A stretch of DNA of 64,000 nt from Bacillota bacterium (GTDB lineage: Bacteria; Bacillota; Clostridia; Acetivibrionales; JANLFN01): the NCBI GenBank assembly GCA_030705825.1, contig JAUZPR010000001.1:17772-81771 (forward strand), written 5' to 3'. Positions 1-9,726 of this stretch are shown one piece after another; position 1 is the stretch's first letter; the number at the start of each line of letters is the position of its first letter. The position numbers and the translations under genes were made by a program. Under the pieces are notes generated by a model that ran no database searches, was not told the origin of the DNA, and saw only the letters and a list, made by a program, of their open reading frames with translations.

Positions 1-2100
1 ATAAAAAAGCGTTACAAAATAGTATTTATTTTATTTCTGGTTTTAGCTGCCGGGTTATTAGTCAGGCTGTTTTTTCTGCAGATAGTCAATGGGGCATGGT
101 ATCAAAAAATGGTTTACCAGCAGCACAATTCCGACCAGGTTACCAATCCGGACCGCGGAGCTATTTATGACAGGAACGGAACGGCACTGGCTATAGATAT
201 TCCTGCAAATACTATTACAATTGACCCTTCCATCGTGCAAAAATCAAAGCTTTCATTGGAGCAGATAGCAGATAGCATGTCACAGATTCTCAATTTAAAA
301 AAAGAAGATATATTAAAAAAGCTTAAGGAAACCAACAAGTATCAGTTGATTGTAAAGAGAACAGATACTAAAAACGGAGATGCCTTAAAGGACTGGTCAG
401 ATAAAAATAAGGTAGATGGAATTTACATATATGATGATGTAAAAAGGTACTACCCTTATAAAAACCTGGCATCTCAGGTCATTGGATTTACAGGTACCGA
501 TAATCAGGGCTTATCCGGAATAGAACTGGAAATGGAAAGCAGCCTTAAGGGTGAACCTGGAAAAATACTCAACGAAGTGGACCGGAGGGGTAATGCCATT
601 CCCTTCGGACAACAAAAACAGATTAACGTTCAGAATGGGCTTAACGTAGTCCTTACTATAGATGAAACAATACAGGATATCGCTGAAAAAGCACTTCAAA
701 AGGCTATGGACAACTATAAGGTCTTAAAGGGCGGAACAGCGATAGTAATGGACCCAAGAAACGGGGACATATTAGCCATGGTCTCAAAGCCCGATTTTGA
801 CCTTAATAGTCCATTTTTGGTTTCGGATAACCTATGGCGCAATAATGGCTTAAATACATATGAACCAGGCTCCACCTTTAAAGCCGTAACCGCTTCAGCA
901 GCTTTAGAGGAAGGTCTGATTTCACCTTCCACCACCTTTGTAGACGTTCCCATCACAGTACAGGAAAATACAATATACTGCTGGAGAGATGGAGGACACG
1001 GGAGAGAGACCTTTACCCAGGCTATGTATAACTCCTGCAATCCTGTACTTGTACAGGTTGCTCAAAAACTTGGAATAAGCAGATTCTATAAATATGTCAA
1101 GGCCTTCGGCTTTTATAATAAAACAGGCGTAGATTTGCCTGGTGAAGCCCCTGGCGTAATGCATCCCAAGCCGACAGAAATAGATATGGCTACAGGTTCC
1201 TTCGGTCAGAGCTTTGAAGTTACACCGCTTCAGATGGTAACTGCCTACTCGGCAATCGCGAATGGAGGAAACCTTGTTAAACCAAGAATTATCAAAGAAC
1301 TAACCGATTCCCAGGGAAATATCGTAAAGGAATACGCACCTGAACTGGTTAGAAACGTTATATCAAAACAAACCTCAGATACAATGAAAACAATTCTTCA
1401 GGGTATAGTCAACCAGGGTACCGGCGTTAATGCATATGTCAACGGGTATAAGGTGGCAGGAAAGACAGGTACATCACAGACCTTTGAAAATGGAGTCCGC
1501 AGTAAGGAACGGTTTATTGCTTCGTTTGAGGCGTTCGCACCGGCAGATAACCCTGTTTTATGCGTACTTGTCGTTATGGACTATCCAAGTGTGATATCTC
1601 ATTCGGGTGGTACCGTTTGTGCGCCTGTCGCAGCAAAAATCATAGAGGATTCTCTTGACTACCTGGGAGTAGAAAGACAGTATGATGCTTTGGATTCGGC
1701 ACGAATGTCTCAAATGGCAAGCGTACCCGATGTAAGGAATCTTGACACCGAAGAGGCACAGAGCAGATTATCGCAGGCAGGACTTAAATATAAAGTAATC
1801 AATAATTCCAATAACACTGCATCAAAGGTTCTTAAGCAATTGCCGGCAGCCGGAGTCGTACTGCCTCAAAAATCGGTGGTAGTCTTATATACCGACAACA
1901 GTAAGGAGGTTACGGCAAAAATGCCCGATCTGACCGATAAATCCATATCGGAGGCAACGCAGGTTCTCAACAACCTGGGATTGAATATAAAGGTCAGAGG
2001 CAGCGGAGTTGCAGTAATCCAGCAATTTAAAAAGGATACCGATGTTCCTTTGGGTACTGCGGTTGAGGTCGAGTTTGTCAACAAAACACCTGATGATTGA
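1..2100 (+). CDS. Class B penicillin-binding protein (FtsI/PBP2B/SpoVD-type transpeptidase), 5' end outside window
   Basis: The frame is open from base 1 (IKKRYKIVFILFLVLAAGLLVRLFFLQ membrane anchor precedes the track ATG at 109). Transpeptidase motifs are present: STFK (GSTFKAV), SxN (NSCN) and KTG (AGKTGTS). There are two C-terminal PASTA-like repeats. Confidence 0.9.
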   Translation: MKKRYKIVFILFLVLAAGLLVRLFFLQIVNGAWYQKMVYQQHNSDQVTNPDRGAIYDRNGTALAIDIPANTITIDPSIVQKSKLSLEQIADSMSQILNLKKEDILKKLKETNKYQLIVKRTDTKNGDALKDWSDKNKVDGIYIYDDVKRYYPYKNLASQVIGFTGTDNQGLSGIELEMESSLKGEPGKILNEVDRRGNAIPFGQQKQINVQNGLNVVLTIDETIQDIAEKALQKAMDNYKVLKGGTAIVMDPRNGDILAMVSKPDFDLNSPFLVSDNLWRNNGLNTYEPGSTFKAVTASAALEEGLISPSTTFVDVPITVQENTIYCWRDGGHGRETFTQAMYNSCNPVLVQVAQKLGISRFYKYVKAFGFYNKTGVDLPGEAPGVMHPKPTEIDMATGSFGQSFEVTPLQMVTAYSAIANGGNLVKPRIIKELTDSQGNIVKEYAPELVRNVISKQTSDTMKTILQGIVNQGTGVNAYVNGYKVAGKTGTSQTFENGVRSKERFIASFEAFAPADNPVLCVLVVMDYPSVISHSGGTVCAPVAAKIIEDSLDYLGVERQYDALDSARMSQMASVPDVRNLDTEEAQSRLSQAGLKYKVINNSNNTASKVLKQLPAAGVVLPQKSVVVLYTDNSKEVTAKMPDLTDKSISEATQVLNNLGLNIKVRGSGVAVIQQFKKDTDVPLGTAVEVEFVNKTPDD

Positions 2101-2257
2101 TATAAGATTTGAATGGACTCATTTTAGTGGGCTCTTTAGATAAGGATAAATCAGGAAGAATGTATTACTGCTGACAGAGGAAATAATAAGTAGGATATAA
2201 ATAGGAGAAGAACTGTCATTTTTCGAATATGAATTAAAAGAACGGGAGGATCTAATT

Positions 2258-2473
2258 ATGGCTAAACTGATGGAAACTTTAAAGGTTGAAGGTATGTCCT
2301 GCAGTCATTGTGAAGATGTCGTAAAAAAATCGGTGGGAGCTTTGAATGGTGTATATACTGTAAATGTAGACCTGAAAGCCAAGAAAGTAAGAGTAGAATT
2401 TGACGAAGACAAGGTTAGCCTGGTTACTATAAAAGATACTATTGAGGACCAGGGCTATGAGGTAAAATTATAA
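2258..2473 (+). CDS. copZ: Heavy-metal-associated (HMA) copper chaperone, CopZ-like
   Basis: 71 aa with the GMSCSHC metal-binding MxCxxC motif and the HMA pattern (GVYTVNVDL...VRVEFD). SD GGGAGGA lies upstream. No copA is adjacent. Confidence 0.8.
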   Translation: MAKLMETLKVEGMSCSHCEDVVKKSVGALNGVYTVNVDLKAKKVRVEFDEDKVSLVTIKDTIEDQGYEVKL

Positions 2474-2503
2474 TTGCTTTTACTCCATAAAAAATATATT
2501 AGA

Positions 2504-2543
2504 TAAAAAAAGGCAAGCAGTTCAATACCGCTTGCCTTTTTTA
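2504..2543. terminator. Bidirectional rho-independent terminator between copZ and metQ
   Basis: AGGCAAGC (2511-2518) pairs with GCTTGCCT (2530-2537). An A-run lies 5' and a T-run 3'. Confidence 0.8.
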
Positions 2544-2548
2544 TATAC

Positions 2549-3427
2549 TTAGAATGCGGGTACTATGGCGCCTTTATATTTATCTTCAATAAATTTCTTA
2601 ACATCGTCTGATGTAAGAACCTTTACCAATTCCTGAATTGCCGGATCGTTCTGGTTATCAGGCCTTACTGTCAGAACATTTGCATATGGGGAATCCTTGT
2701 CTTCTATGAACAATGCATCCTTTATAGGATTAAGCTTGGTTTCCAATGCAAAATTTGTATTTATTACAGCAAGGTCAACATCCTGAAGAACTCTTGGCAG
2801 CTGTGCAGCTTCAAGCTCTGAAAATTTCAGCTTTTTGGGGTTGCTCACTATATCCTTTTGTGTCTGGGATAACCCTGATGGATCCTTTAAGGTTATCAGT
2901 CCCTGCTTCTGAAGTAGAAGAAGTGCTCTGCCTTCATTTGTAGCATCATTTGGTACGGCAACCGTTGACCCGTCCTTAAGCTCACTTATATTTTTTATCT
3001 TTTTTGAGTAGGCTCCCATAGGTTCAACATGAACTTTTACAGCAGCAACAAGCTGTATGTTGTTCTTCTTGGCGAAATCCTCCATGTAAGGTACATGCTG
3101 AAAGAAATTTGCATCCAGCTGTTTGTCATTCAATGCTGTGTTAGGAGTTACGTAATCTGTAAATTCCTTGACTTCCAGTTCAATACCCTTTTCTTTCAAT
3201 ATAGGTTTTATGTAGTTTAGAATTTCAGCATGAGGTACAGGTGTTGCACCTACTACAAGCTTAACTGTTTTCCCTGTAGTTGTTGATGATACTGTAGCCT
3301 GAGAGGAAGAAGCCGATACCGAAGATGCCGATTTGCTGTCTGTGTTGCTGGAACCGCAGCCTGCAAGTATAAGTGTAAATAATGCCGTAACTGCTAAAAC
3401 CAGTACTAAAAATTTGTTCTTTTTCAT
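2549..3427 (-). CDS. metQ: Methionine ABC transporter substrate-binding lipoprotein (NlpA/MetQ family)
   Basis: Signal peptide with lipobox LAGC, a Ser/Thr-rich linker, and a MetQ-like core (GATPVPHAEIL, DANFFQH). It is the last gene of the metN-metI-metQ operon. Confidence 0.9.
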   Translation of the reverse strand: MKKNKFLVLVLAVTALFTLILAGCGSSNTDSKSASSVSASSSQATVSSTTTGKTVKLVVGATPVPHAEILNYIKPILKEKGIELEVKEFTDYVTPNTALNDKQLDANFFQHVPYMEDFAKKNNIQLVAAVKVHVEPMGAYSKKIKNISELKDGSTVAVPNDATNEGRALLLLQKQGLITLKDPSGLSQTQKDIVSNPKKLKFSELEAAQLPRVLQDVDLAVINTNFALETKLNPIKDALFIEDKDSPYANVLTVRPDNQNDPAIQELVKVLTSDDVKKFIEDKYKGAIVPAF

Positions 3428-3442
3428 AATAACGCCTCCAAA

Positions 3443-4102
3443 TTATTTTTTATTGAATTTTCTGGCAAGAAAATTGCCAATGGTTTGAATTAACTCTACT
3501 ACTATTATCAAGACAACAATTGTTGCCAGTAATACATCTGTCTGGAACCTCTGATAGCCGTATCTGATAGCAAGATCCCCAAGCCCTCCGCCACCTATGG
3601 CGCCGGCCATTGCTGAATATCCGATTATGTTTATTATGGTAAGAGTAATACCAAGTATAATTGACGGTAAAGCTTCGGGTATCAAAACATTGAATATTAC
3701 CTGGGGGATGTTTGCACCCGCAGCAAGGGAAGCTTCAACTACTCCCCAGTCCACATCCTTAAGAGAAGACTCTATAACCCTGGCTACAAATGGAGCAGCA
3801 GCTATGGATAATGGAACAATTGCAGCCGTTGAACCTATTGTTGTTCCTACAATAAGCCTGGACAGCGGGAAAATAGCAATAATAAGTATTATAAAAGGTA
3901 TAGAGCGTGCAATATTTATAATAGACCCCAGGATTTTATTCAATTGGGGTTTTTCACAAATGTGGCCTCTTTCGGTTATAACTAAAATTACACCCAGAAT
4001 AGAACCTATAATTACCGAAAAAAGTGTTGAGAAAAATACCATGTACAAGGATTCCCAGAATGATGGAAGGATAAGCTCCAGTAAATGCTGTAATTCACTC
4101 AT
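3443..4102 (-). CDS. metI: Methionine ABC transporter permease
   Basis: 219-aa polytopic MetI-type permease. It overlaps the metN stop by 4 nt. Confidence 0.9.
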   Translation of the reverse strand: MSELQHLLELILPSFWESLYMVFFSTLFSVIIGSILGVILVITERGHICEKPQLNKILGSIINIARSIPFIILIIAIFPLSRLIVGTTIGSTAAIVPLSIAAAPFVARVIESSLKDVDWGVVEASLAAGANIPQVIFNVLIPEALPSIILGITLTIINIIGYSAMAGAIGGGGLGDLAIRYGYQRFQTDVLLATIVVLIIVVELIQTIGNFLARKFNKK

Positions 4103-5121
4103 TTGTTCAGCACCTCGATTCCAACTTCATTGGCTTCCAGAAAAGCAACCGCTTCATCAATACTTTTTTCACTACCTGATATCTTGATGACAAGGTTTCC
4201 CACCTGGGTATCCTGTATGTTTTCTATATTTCCAGCCAGAATATTAGCTTCAATATCGCACTTCTTTATCATGCTGGAAATAACAGGCTTGTTGCTGCTG
4301 TTTCCTATAAAAGATGCACGTATTACTCGCTGCTTGTTGTTTTCGGTGTTTATAAAAAAGCTTTTTGCTAATGTTGAAAAAGAATCCTTAAGAAACGATC
4401 TTGAGGTTTCTGTCCGGGGGTTTGCATATATATCCAGAACGTCACCCTTTTCAACTACAGACCCGTTTTCAAGAATGGCTACCCGGCTGCATAACCTTTT
4501 TATCACCTGCATTTCATGAGTAATGACTATTACAGTAATTCCAAACTTTTTGTTTATATCCTTGAGAAGATCAAGTATATACTCAGTAGTGACCGGATCC
4601 AGTGCAGAGGTAGCCTCATCCGAAAGTATAATTTCAGGATTGTTTGCCAGAGCTCTTGCTATACCAACTCTTTGCTTCTGCCCGCCCGAAAGCTGTGCCG
4701 GATATGCATAGGCCTTATCCTTCAAATCCACCAGTTCGAGAAGGTTGTTTACTCTTTGGAAAATTTCATTTTTGGGCAAATGGGAAATTCTCAACGGGAA
4801 AGCAATGTTCTCAAAAACGGTTGAGTTTGACAGAAGATTAAAATGCTGAAAAATCATACCGATTTTTTTACGCGATTCTCGCAGTGAAGCAGGCTTCAGT
4901 CTTGTAATGTCGGTACCTTTTATTAAAATTTCTCCTGAATCGGGTGCTTCAAGCATGTTTATGCATCTTACCAGCGAGGATTTTCCTGCACCGCTCAGGC
5001 CGATTATTCCAAAAATATCTCCATTGTTGATGGATAGGTTTATATCATTTAATGCGATTATTTTTCCGCTATCAGTCTGATAAGTCTTTTTTAGATTTCT
5101 TATTTCAATCAAACCGGCCAC
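4099..5121 (-). CDS. metN: Methionine ABC transporter ATP-binding protein
   Basis: Walker A GLSGAGKS, signature LSGGQKQR, Walker B IILSDEATSALD, and the C-terminal NIL-type domain typical of MetN. The start is GTG 5121 or, better spaced from the GAGGTGG SD, TTG 5112 (MIEIRNLKK). Confidence 0.9.
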   Translation of the reverse strand: MAGLIEIRNLKKTYQTDSGKIIALNDINLSINNGDIFGIIGLSGAGKSSLVRCINMLEAPDSGEILIKGTDITRLKPASLRESRKKIGMIFQHFNLLSNSTVFENIAFPLRISHLPKNEIFQRVNNLLELVDLKDKAYAYPAQLSGGQKQRVGIARALANNPEIILSDEATSALDPVTTEYILDLLKDINKKFGITVIVITHEMQVIKRLCSRVAILENGSVVEKGDVLDIYANPRTETSRSFLKDSFSTLAKSFFINTENNKQRVIRASFIGNSSNKPVISSMIKKCDIEANILAGNIENIQDTQVGNLVIKISGSEKSIDEAVAFLEANEVGIEVLNK

Positions 5122-5184
5122 CTCATTTATGTATATTCTGTGTAAATAAAATCTAATTCCTAGTAAGCATATATGTTTAATAGG

Positions 5185-5214
5185 ATTTTACTCTATAAGG
5201 TAATATGATGTCAA
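5185..5214 (-). promoter_or_regulatory. Putative sigma-A promoter of metNIQ
   Basis: On the minus strand, TTGACA (5214-5209) is followed by an 18-nt spacer and TAAAAT (5190-5185). Confidence 0.5.
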
Positions 5215-5265
5215 TAGTTTGAAGAAAAATATTTGCAAACAAATAGGAATACTAGGAAAAATTTA

Positions 5266-5295
5266 TTGACAGTATATCTTGGGTAATAGTATGAT
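5266..5295 (+). promoter_or_regulatory. Putative sigma-A promoter of the PLP-enzyme operon
   Basis: TTGACA (5266-5271), an 18-nt spacer, then TATGAT (5290-5295). Confidence 0.5.
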
Positions 5296-5395
5296 GTGTA
5301 CAATACATATAGGAATAATAGGAATAACGGGTTAAATATTTAAATAAGAATTGGTATAACTACTATTGAGTTTCATTATAAAGGAAGTGAACCGT

Positions 5396-6529
5396 ATGAA
5401 GATAAGCACGAGATTGGTCCATGGTCATAAGGGGGTTGACAAGGAAACCGGAGCCGTAAGTTTTCCTATATATCAGAGTGCCACATTCAGGCATCCCGGA
5501 CTTAACCAGACTACCGGCTATGATTATTCCAGACTCCAAAATCCGACCAGAGAAGAACTTGAAAATACCATTGCAAGCCTTGAAAACGGGACTACAGGAT
5601 TTGCATTTTCCAGTGGAATGGCAGCCATATCCACAGCTTTGTCTCTTTTTGTACCGGGAGACCATATAATAGTGTCCGACGATTTATATGGAGGTACCTA
5701 TAGATTATTTGAGGAAATGTATAAAAAATACGGTATTGAATTTTCTTATTTGGATACAAGCAATATAGATAATGTTAAAACTGCTGTTAAAAAGAATACA
5801 AAAGCACTTTTTATAGAAACCCCTTCAAATCCTATAATGAAGGTTACAGATATAGCTGCGGCGGCTGAGTTGGCTAGAAGTTCGGGAATACTTACAATTG
5901 TGGACAATACATTTTTGACCCCTTATTATCAAAGACCCATTGAACTGGGAGCAGATATAGTACTGCACAGCGGTACCAAATACCTTGGGGGCCATAATGA
6001 TACCCTGGCCGGGTTAATAGTAGTAAAAAATGAAGAGCTTGCCGCCAGGATAAAGTTGATACAAAAAACAGAGGGGGCTATGCTTGCTCCGTTTGATAGC
6101 TGGCTTATACTGCGCGGTATAAAAACTCTTTCAGTACGGATGGACCGTCAGCAGAAAAATGCCGCAGAGGTTGCAAATTGGCTTAGAAGTAATAATAATG
6201 TGGAAAGGGTCTACTATATCGGTCTTGAAGATCATGAAGGCTATGAAATTTCAAAAAGGCAAGCATCAGGTTTTGGCGCTATGATATCATTTTCTGTGAA
6301 GGATGCTTCATTGGTAGAAAAAGTGCTGGAACGCATCAGGTTGGTTTTATTTGCCGAGAGCCTAGGAGGGGTGGAAAGTCTTATAACCTATCCTATGGTA
6401 CAGACGCATTCTGCCATACCTGCTGAAATGAGAGAAAGGCTTGGAGTTGATGAGAAGCTCCTAAGACTTTCAGTGGGTATAGAAGCAGCTGAAGATATTA
6501 TAGCTGATCTTGAGCAGGCTTTGGAATGA
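5396..6529 (+). CDS. Cys/Met-metabolism PLP-dependent enzyme (cystathionine beta-lyase / gamma-synthase family)
   Basis: YSRLQNPTR, FSSGMAAI, and the HSGTKYLGGH PLP-lysine motif. I placed the start at ATG 5396 (SD AAGGAAG) rather than the track TTG 5366. Confidence 0.85.
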   Translation: MKISTRLVHGHKGVDKETGAVSFPIYQSATFRHPGLNQTTGYDYSRLQNPTREELENTIASLENGTTGFAFSSGMAAISTALSLFVPGDHIIVSDDLYGGTYRLFEEMYKKYGIEFSYLDTSNIDNVKTAVKKNTKALFIETPSNPIMKVTDIAAAAELARSSGILTIVDNTFLTPYYQRPIELGADIVLHSGTKYLGGHNDTLAGLIVVKNEELAARIKLIQKTEGAMLAPFDSWLILRGIKTLSVRMDRQQKNAAEVANWLRSNNNVERVYYIGLEDHEGYEISKRQASGFGAMISFSVKDASLVEKVLERIRLVLFAESLGGVESLITYPMVQTHSAIPAEMRERLGVDEKLLRLSVGIEAAEDIIADLEQALE

Positions 6530-6571
6530 GTAGATTATAACAAAAAGATTTAATATTGGGGTGATTTTGAA

Positions 6572-7705
6572 ATGAAATTCGGGACCAAACTTATTCATAA
6601 CGGAAATGAAATCGATAAGACCACCGGGGCTTTAAGTATACCGGTGTATCAGGTATCTACCTATCATCAGGAGGATATTGACAAGGGACAGGAATTTGAT
6701 TATTCCAGATCCGGCAATCCTACAAGAAAAGCTCTTGAAGATACCATAGCAAAGCTGGAAGGAGGAGACAGGGGCTTCGCATTTTCATCGGGCATGGCTG
6801 CAACCTCCTCGGTTCTGTCAACTTTTTCTTCGGGAGATCACATAATAGTATGTGAAGACGTATATGGCGGCACCTATAGGATAACTACAAACTTTTTCAA
6901 CAGGTTTAAACTTGATATAACTTTTGTTGATGCTTCAGATATAAATGCGATTAAAGGAAGTATAAGAAACAATACTAAAGCACTATTTCTGGAAACTCCA
7001 TCCAATCCTTTAATGAAAATTATAGATTTGAAAAGTGCAGTTGAAATTGCTAAACAGCATGGAATACTAGTAATTGTTGATAATACTTTCATGTCGCCTT
7101 ATCTTCAAAGACCGTTGGAGTTGGGAGCTGATATAGTAGTTCATAGTGCAACCAAATTCATAGGAGGCCACAGCGATGTAATAGGCGGCCTTGCTGCAGT
7201 AAAAGGTGCTGAACTGGCTAAAAGAGTCTATTTTGTTCAGAATGGCTTTGGTGCTGTACTTGGACCTCAGGATTCCTGGCTGTTACTCAGGGGACTCAAA
7301 ACCTTGAAGGTAAGGATGGACTACCAGCAAAATAACGCAAACAGGCTGGCACAATGGCTTAAGACAAATAAGCATGTTAAAAAGGTTTATTATCCGGGGC
7401 TTGAGGAGCACCCTGGACGCAATATTCATATGTCCCAGGCTGACGGCGCCGGGGCGGTTTTATCCTTTGAGACTGTTGATACCGAAATGGCAAAACGTTT
7501 CATGAAGAATGTAAAAATGGCGGCAGTTGCAGTAAGCTTGGGAGGTGTCGAAACTATAGCCTCTTACCCGGTAAAGATGTCCCACGCTTCAATACCCAAG
7601 CCTGAAAGGGAAAGGCTGGGGATTTCGGACAGTCTTATACGTATTTCGGTTGGACTTGAAGAAATAGACGATTTGATTGAGGATTTTGAGAGAGCATTGA
7701 GCTGA
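6572..7705 (+). CDS. Second Cys/Met-metabolism PLP-dependent enzyme (cystathionine gamma-synthase/lyase family paralog)
   Basis: YSRSGNPTR, FSSGMAAT, and the HSATKFIGGH PLP-lysine motif. It is collinear with the preceding paralog. Confidence 0.85.
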   Translation: MKFGTKLIHNGNEIDKTTGALSIPVYQVSTYHQEDIDKGQEFDYSRSGNPTRKALEDTIAKLEGGDRGFAFSSGMAATSSVLSTFSSGDHIIVCEDVYGGTYRITTNFFNRFKLDITFVDASDINAIKGSIRNNTKALFLETPSNPLMKIIDLKSAVEIAKQHGILVIVDNTFMSPYLQRPLELGADIVVHSATKFIGGHSDVIGGLAAVKGAELAKRVYFVQNGFGAVLGPQDSWLLLRGLKTLKVRMDYQQNNANRLAQWLKTNKHVKKVYYPGLEEHPGRNIHMSQADGAGAVLSFETVDTEMAKRFMKNVKMAAVAVSLGGVETIASYPVKMSHASIPKPERERLGISDSLIRISVGLEEIDDLIEDFERALS

Positions 7706-7797
7706 TATTATGGGATACAGAAAAAGAGCAGGGGTTTGCTTGCTCTGACCATAAATATTATCTGTATCCTTTTATTTATACAAATACCTACTAAACC

Positions 7798-7902
7798 TAT
7801 AGGAATAATAAAAATATTTTGAAAATGTATTGACAATAATTTCTTAGGGGGATAAAATAAAAGCATATTAAAACCAAGTAAACAAATAAGAATACTAGGA
7901 AA
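7798..7902 (+). promoter_or_regulatory. cysK promoter with two operator-like motifs
   Basis: TATAGGAATAATA at 7798-7810. TTGACA (7830-7835), a 17-nt spacer, then TAAAAT (7853-7858). AAACAAATAAGAATACTAGGAAA at 7880-7902 matches 5238-5259 at 22 of 23 positions. Confidence 0.6.
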
Positions 7903-7921
7903 TAATTTTGGAGGCGATATT

Positions 7922-8854
7922 ATGTCAAAGGTAGCTAAAAATTTGACCGATTTAATTGGAAACACCCCACTTCTTGAACTTTCAAACTATAATGCGGAAA
8001 ATAAACTTGAAGCAAAGGTAATTGCAAAACTTGAATATTTCAATCCGGCAGGAAGCGTAAAGGACAGGATCGGATACGCAATGATCAAGGATGCAGAGGA
8101 AAAAGGCTTGTTAAAAAAGGATTCTGTAATAATTGAACCTACAAGCGGAAATACAGGTATAGCCCTTGCATTTGTTTCAGCAGCCAAAGGCTACAGATTG
8201 ATACTGACCATGCCTGAAACCTTCAGTATAGAAAGAAGAAATCTTCTCAAGGCATACGGTGCAGAACTGGTACTCACTCCCGGTTCGGAAGGCATGAAGG
8301 GTGCAATTAGGAAAGCTGAAGAACTGGCAGCAGAAATCCCGAATTCGTTTATACCCCAGCAGTTCAAAAATCCCGCTAATCCGGAAATCCATAGAAAAAC
8401 AACAGCAGAGGAAATATGGAGGGATACCGACGGCCAGGTGGATATTATTGTGGCCGGAGCAGGAACTGGAGGAACTATAACAGGTATAAGCGAGGTACTT
8501 AAACAGAAGAAACCCGGTATCCTGTCGGTTGTTGTGGAACCGTTTGATTCCCCAGTAATTTCAGGAGGAAATCCGGGGCCTCATAAAATCCAGGGAATAG
8601 GACCTGGTTTTGTACCTGATGTATTAAACAAGAGTATCCTCGATGAGATTTACAAGGTAAAAAATGAAGAAGCCTTTGAAACTGCAAGAAAACTAGCCAG
8701 AACAGAAGGACTTCTTGTGGGGATATCCTCGGGTGCTGCGGCTTTTGCAGCAACACAGCTTGCCCAGAGACCTGAAAATAAGGGCAAGACAATAGTTGTA
8801 ATTCTTCCGGATACAGGTGAAAGATACCTTTCAACTCCTGTATTTCAGGACTGA
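7922..8854 (+). CDS. cysK: Cysteine synthase A / O-acetylserine sulfhydrylase (PALP family)
   Basis: SVKDR PLP-lysine motif, TSGNTG, and the [10 protein letters not shown] loop. 310 aa. Confidence 0.9.
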   Translation: MSKVAKNLTDLIGNTPLLELSNYNAENKLEAKVIAKLEYFNPAGSVKDRIGYAMIKDAEEKGLLKKDSVIIEPTSGNTGIALAFVSAAKGYRLILTMPETFSIERRNLLKAYGAELVLTPGSEGMKGAIRKAEELAAEIPNSFIPQQFKNPANPEIHRKTTAEEIWRDTDGQVDIIVAGAGTGGTITGISEVLKQKKPGILSVVVEPFDSPVISGGNPGPHKIQGIGPGFVPDVLNKSILDEIYKVKNEEAFETARKLARTEGLLVGISSGAAAFAATQLAQRPENKGKTIVVILPDTGERYLSTPVFQD

Positions 8855-8885
8855 TAACTAGTAAAAAATTTAATATCATTAAGAC

Positions 8886-8920
8886 ATTAGGGGGAATTAT
8901 TTAATCCCCCTAATATTTTA
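8886..8920 (+). terminator. Rho-independent terminator after cysK
   Basis: ATTAGGGGGA (8886-8895) pairs with TCCCCCTAAT (8905-8914), followed by an AT/T-rich tail. Confidence 0.7.
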
Positions 8921-8961
8921 ACCAGATTCAGGGTAAGGCATTAAGAAAGGAGGCCAAAGCA

Positions 8962-9726
8962 TTGCAAAAATCAATTGAAATACAAAGCAGGGGATTAACA
9001 TTAAGAGGAACATTACATTTACCTGACAACCAAAAGGGAAAAATTCCGGTAATTATTATTTTTCATGGTTTCGCAGGAAATAAAACAGGGCCTCATTTCA
9101 TATTTGTAAGATTATCAAGACTGCTTGAAGCAAAGGAAATTGCAACTGTACGCTTTGATTTTGGCGGTAGCGGTGAAAGTGACGGAAAATTTAAAGAAAT
9201 GACTATCACCGGAGAGCTTGAGGATGCAAAAAACATCCTCAATTATGTAAAAGTTCAAGAGTTTACAGATACCGGCAATATTGGAGTATTAGGCCTTAGT
9301 ATGGGAGGAGCGGTTGCAGGTATGCTGGCTGGTGAAAGAAAGAATGATATAAAAGCATTGTGCTTATGGGCACCTGCCGGCAATATGGGTGAAATCGCAG
9401 TAAATGACTTTATCGGCAGGCAGAACCTGCCAAAGCTTAATGATGATGGCTTTTATGATGTGGAAGGACTGCTTTTGGGAAAAGTGTTTGTGGACGATGC
9501 CGAAAAGCTTGATATATATGGTAAGTCGGCAGTTTTTGATAAAAAAATTCTGATAATTCACGGAGATTCGGATGAGGTTGTAAAACTGGACGCCTCCAAA
9601 AGGTATGTCGAGTATTATGGAAACAGGTCAAAGCTCATAGTCATTGAAGATGCCGATCATACCTTTAACGGAAGAATCTGGGAAGACCAGGTTATAGCCC
9701 ATACTTTGAAATTCTTTGAGTTTTGA
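8962..9726 (+). CDS. Alpha/beta-fold hydrolase
   Basis: HGFAGN oxyanion region, nucleophile elbow GLSMGG, HGDSDEVV and DADHTF (Ser-Asp-His triad). TTG start 8 nt after AAAGGAGG. Confidence 0.75.
   Translation: MQKSIEIQSRGLTLRGTLHLPDNQKGKIPVIIIFHGFAGNKTGPHFIFVRLSRLLEAKEIATVRFDFGGSGESDGKFKEMTITGELEDAKNILNYVKVQEFTDTGNIGVLGLSMGGAVAGMLAGERKNDIKALCLWAPAGNMGEIAVNDFIGRQNLPKLNDDGFYDVEGLLLGKVFVDDAEKLDIYGKSAVFDKKILIIHGDSDEVVKLDASKRYVEYYGNRSKLIVIEDADHTFNGRIWEDQVIAHTLKFFEF

Larger units (their letters stand above)
5153..5327. promoter_or_regulatory. Cluster of operator-like motifs in the metN / PLP-enzyme divergent region
   Basis: AAACAAATAGGAATACTAGGAAA lies at 5238-5259 (+). GCTTACTAGGAATT lies on the minus strand at 5156-5169, just downstream of the metN -10. 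TATAGGAATAATA lies at 5308-5320. Near-identical copies occur at the cysK promoter. Confidence 0.5.

Noticed and set aside
3597-4187. 196-aa plus-strand ORF, with similar ORFs at 4103-4519, 4516-4824 and 2746-2943
   Set aside because: These are antisense shadow ORFs lying entirely inside metI, metN and metQ. They have no SD and low-complexity translations, while the opposite strand carries clear family motifs.
5122-5395. SAM (S-box) riboswitch or T-box in the met/cys leaders (also 7706-7921)
   Set aside because: I see no S-box core elements and no T-box GGGTGGTACCGCG sequence. The leaders are too short after the predicted promoters. Protein-operator control seems more likely.
7722-7748. AGAGCA...TGCTCT hairpin after the second PLP-enzyme gene, considered as a terminator
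   Set aside because: No T-run follows on the plus strand; the T-run is on the minus strand, where no gene needs it. Read-through into cysK remains possible, so I did not list it as a feature.
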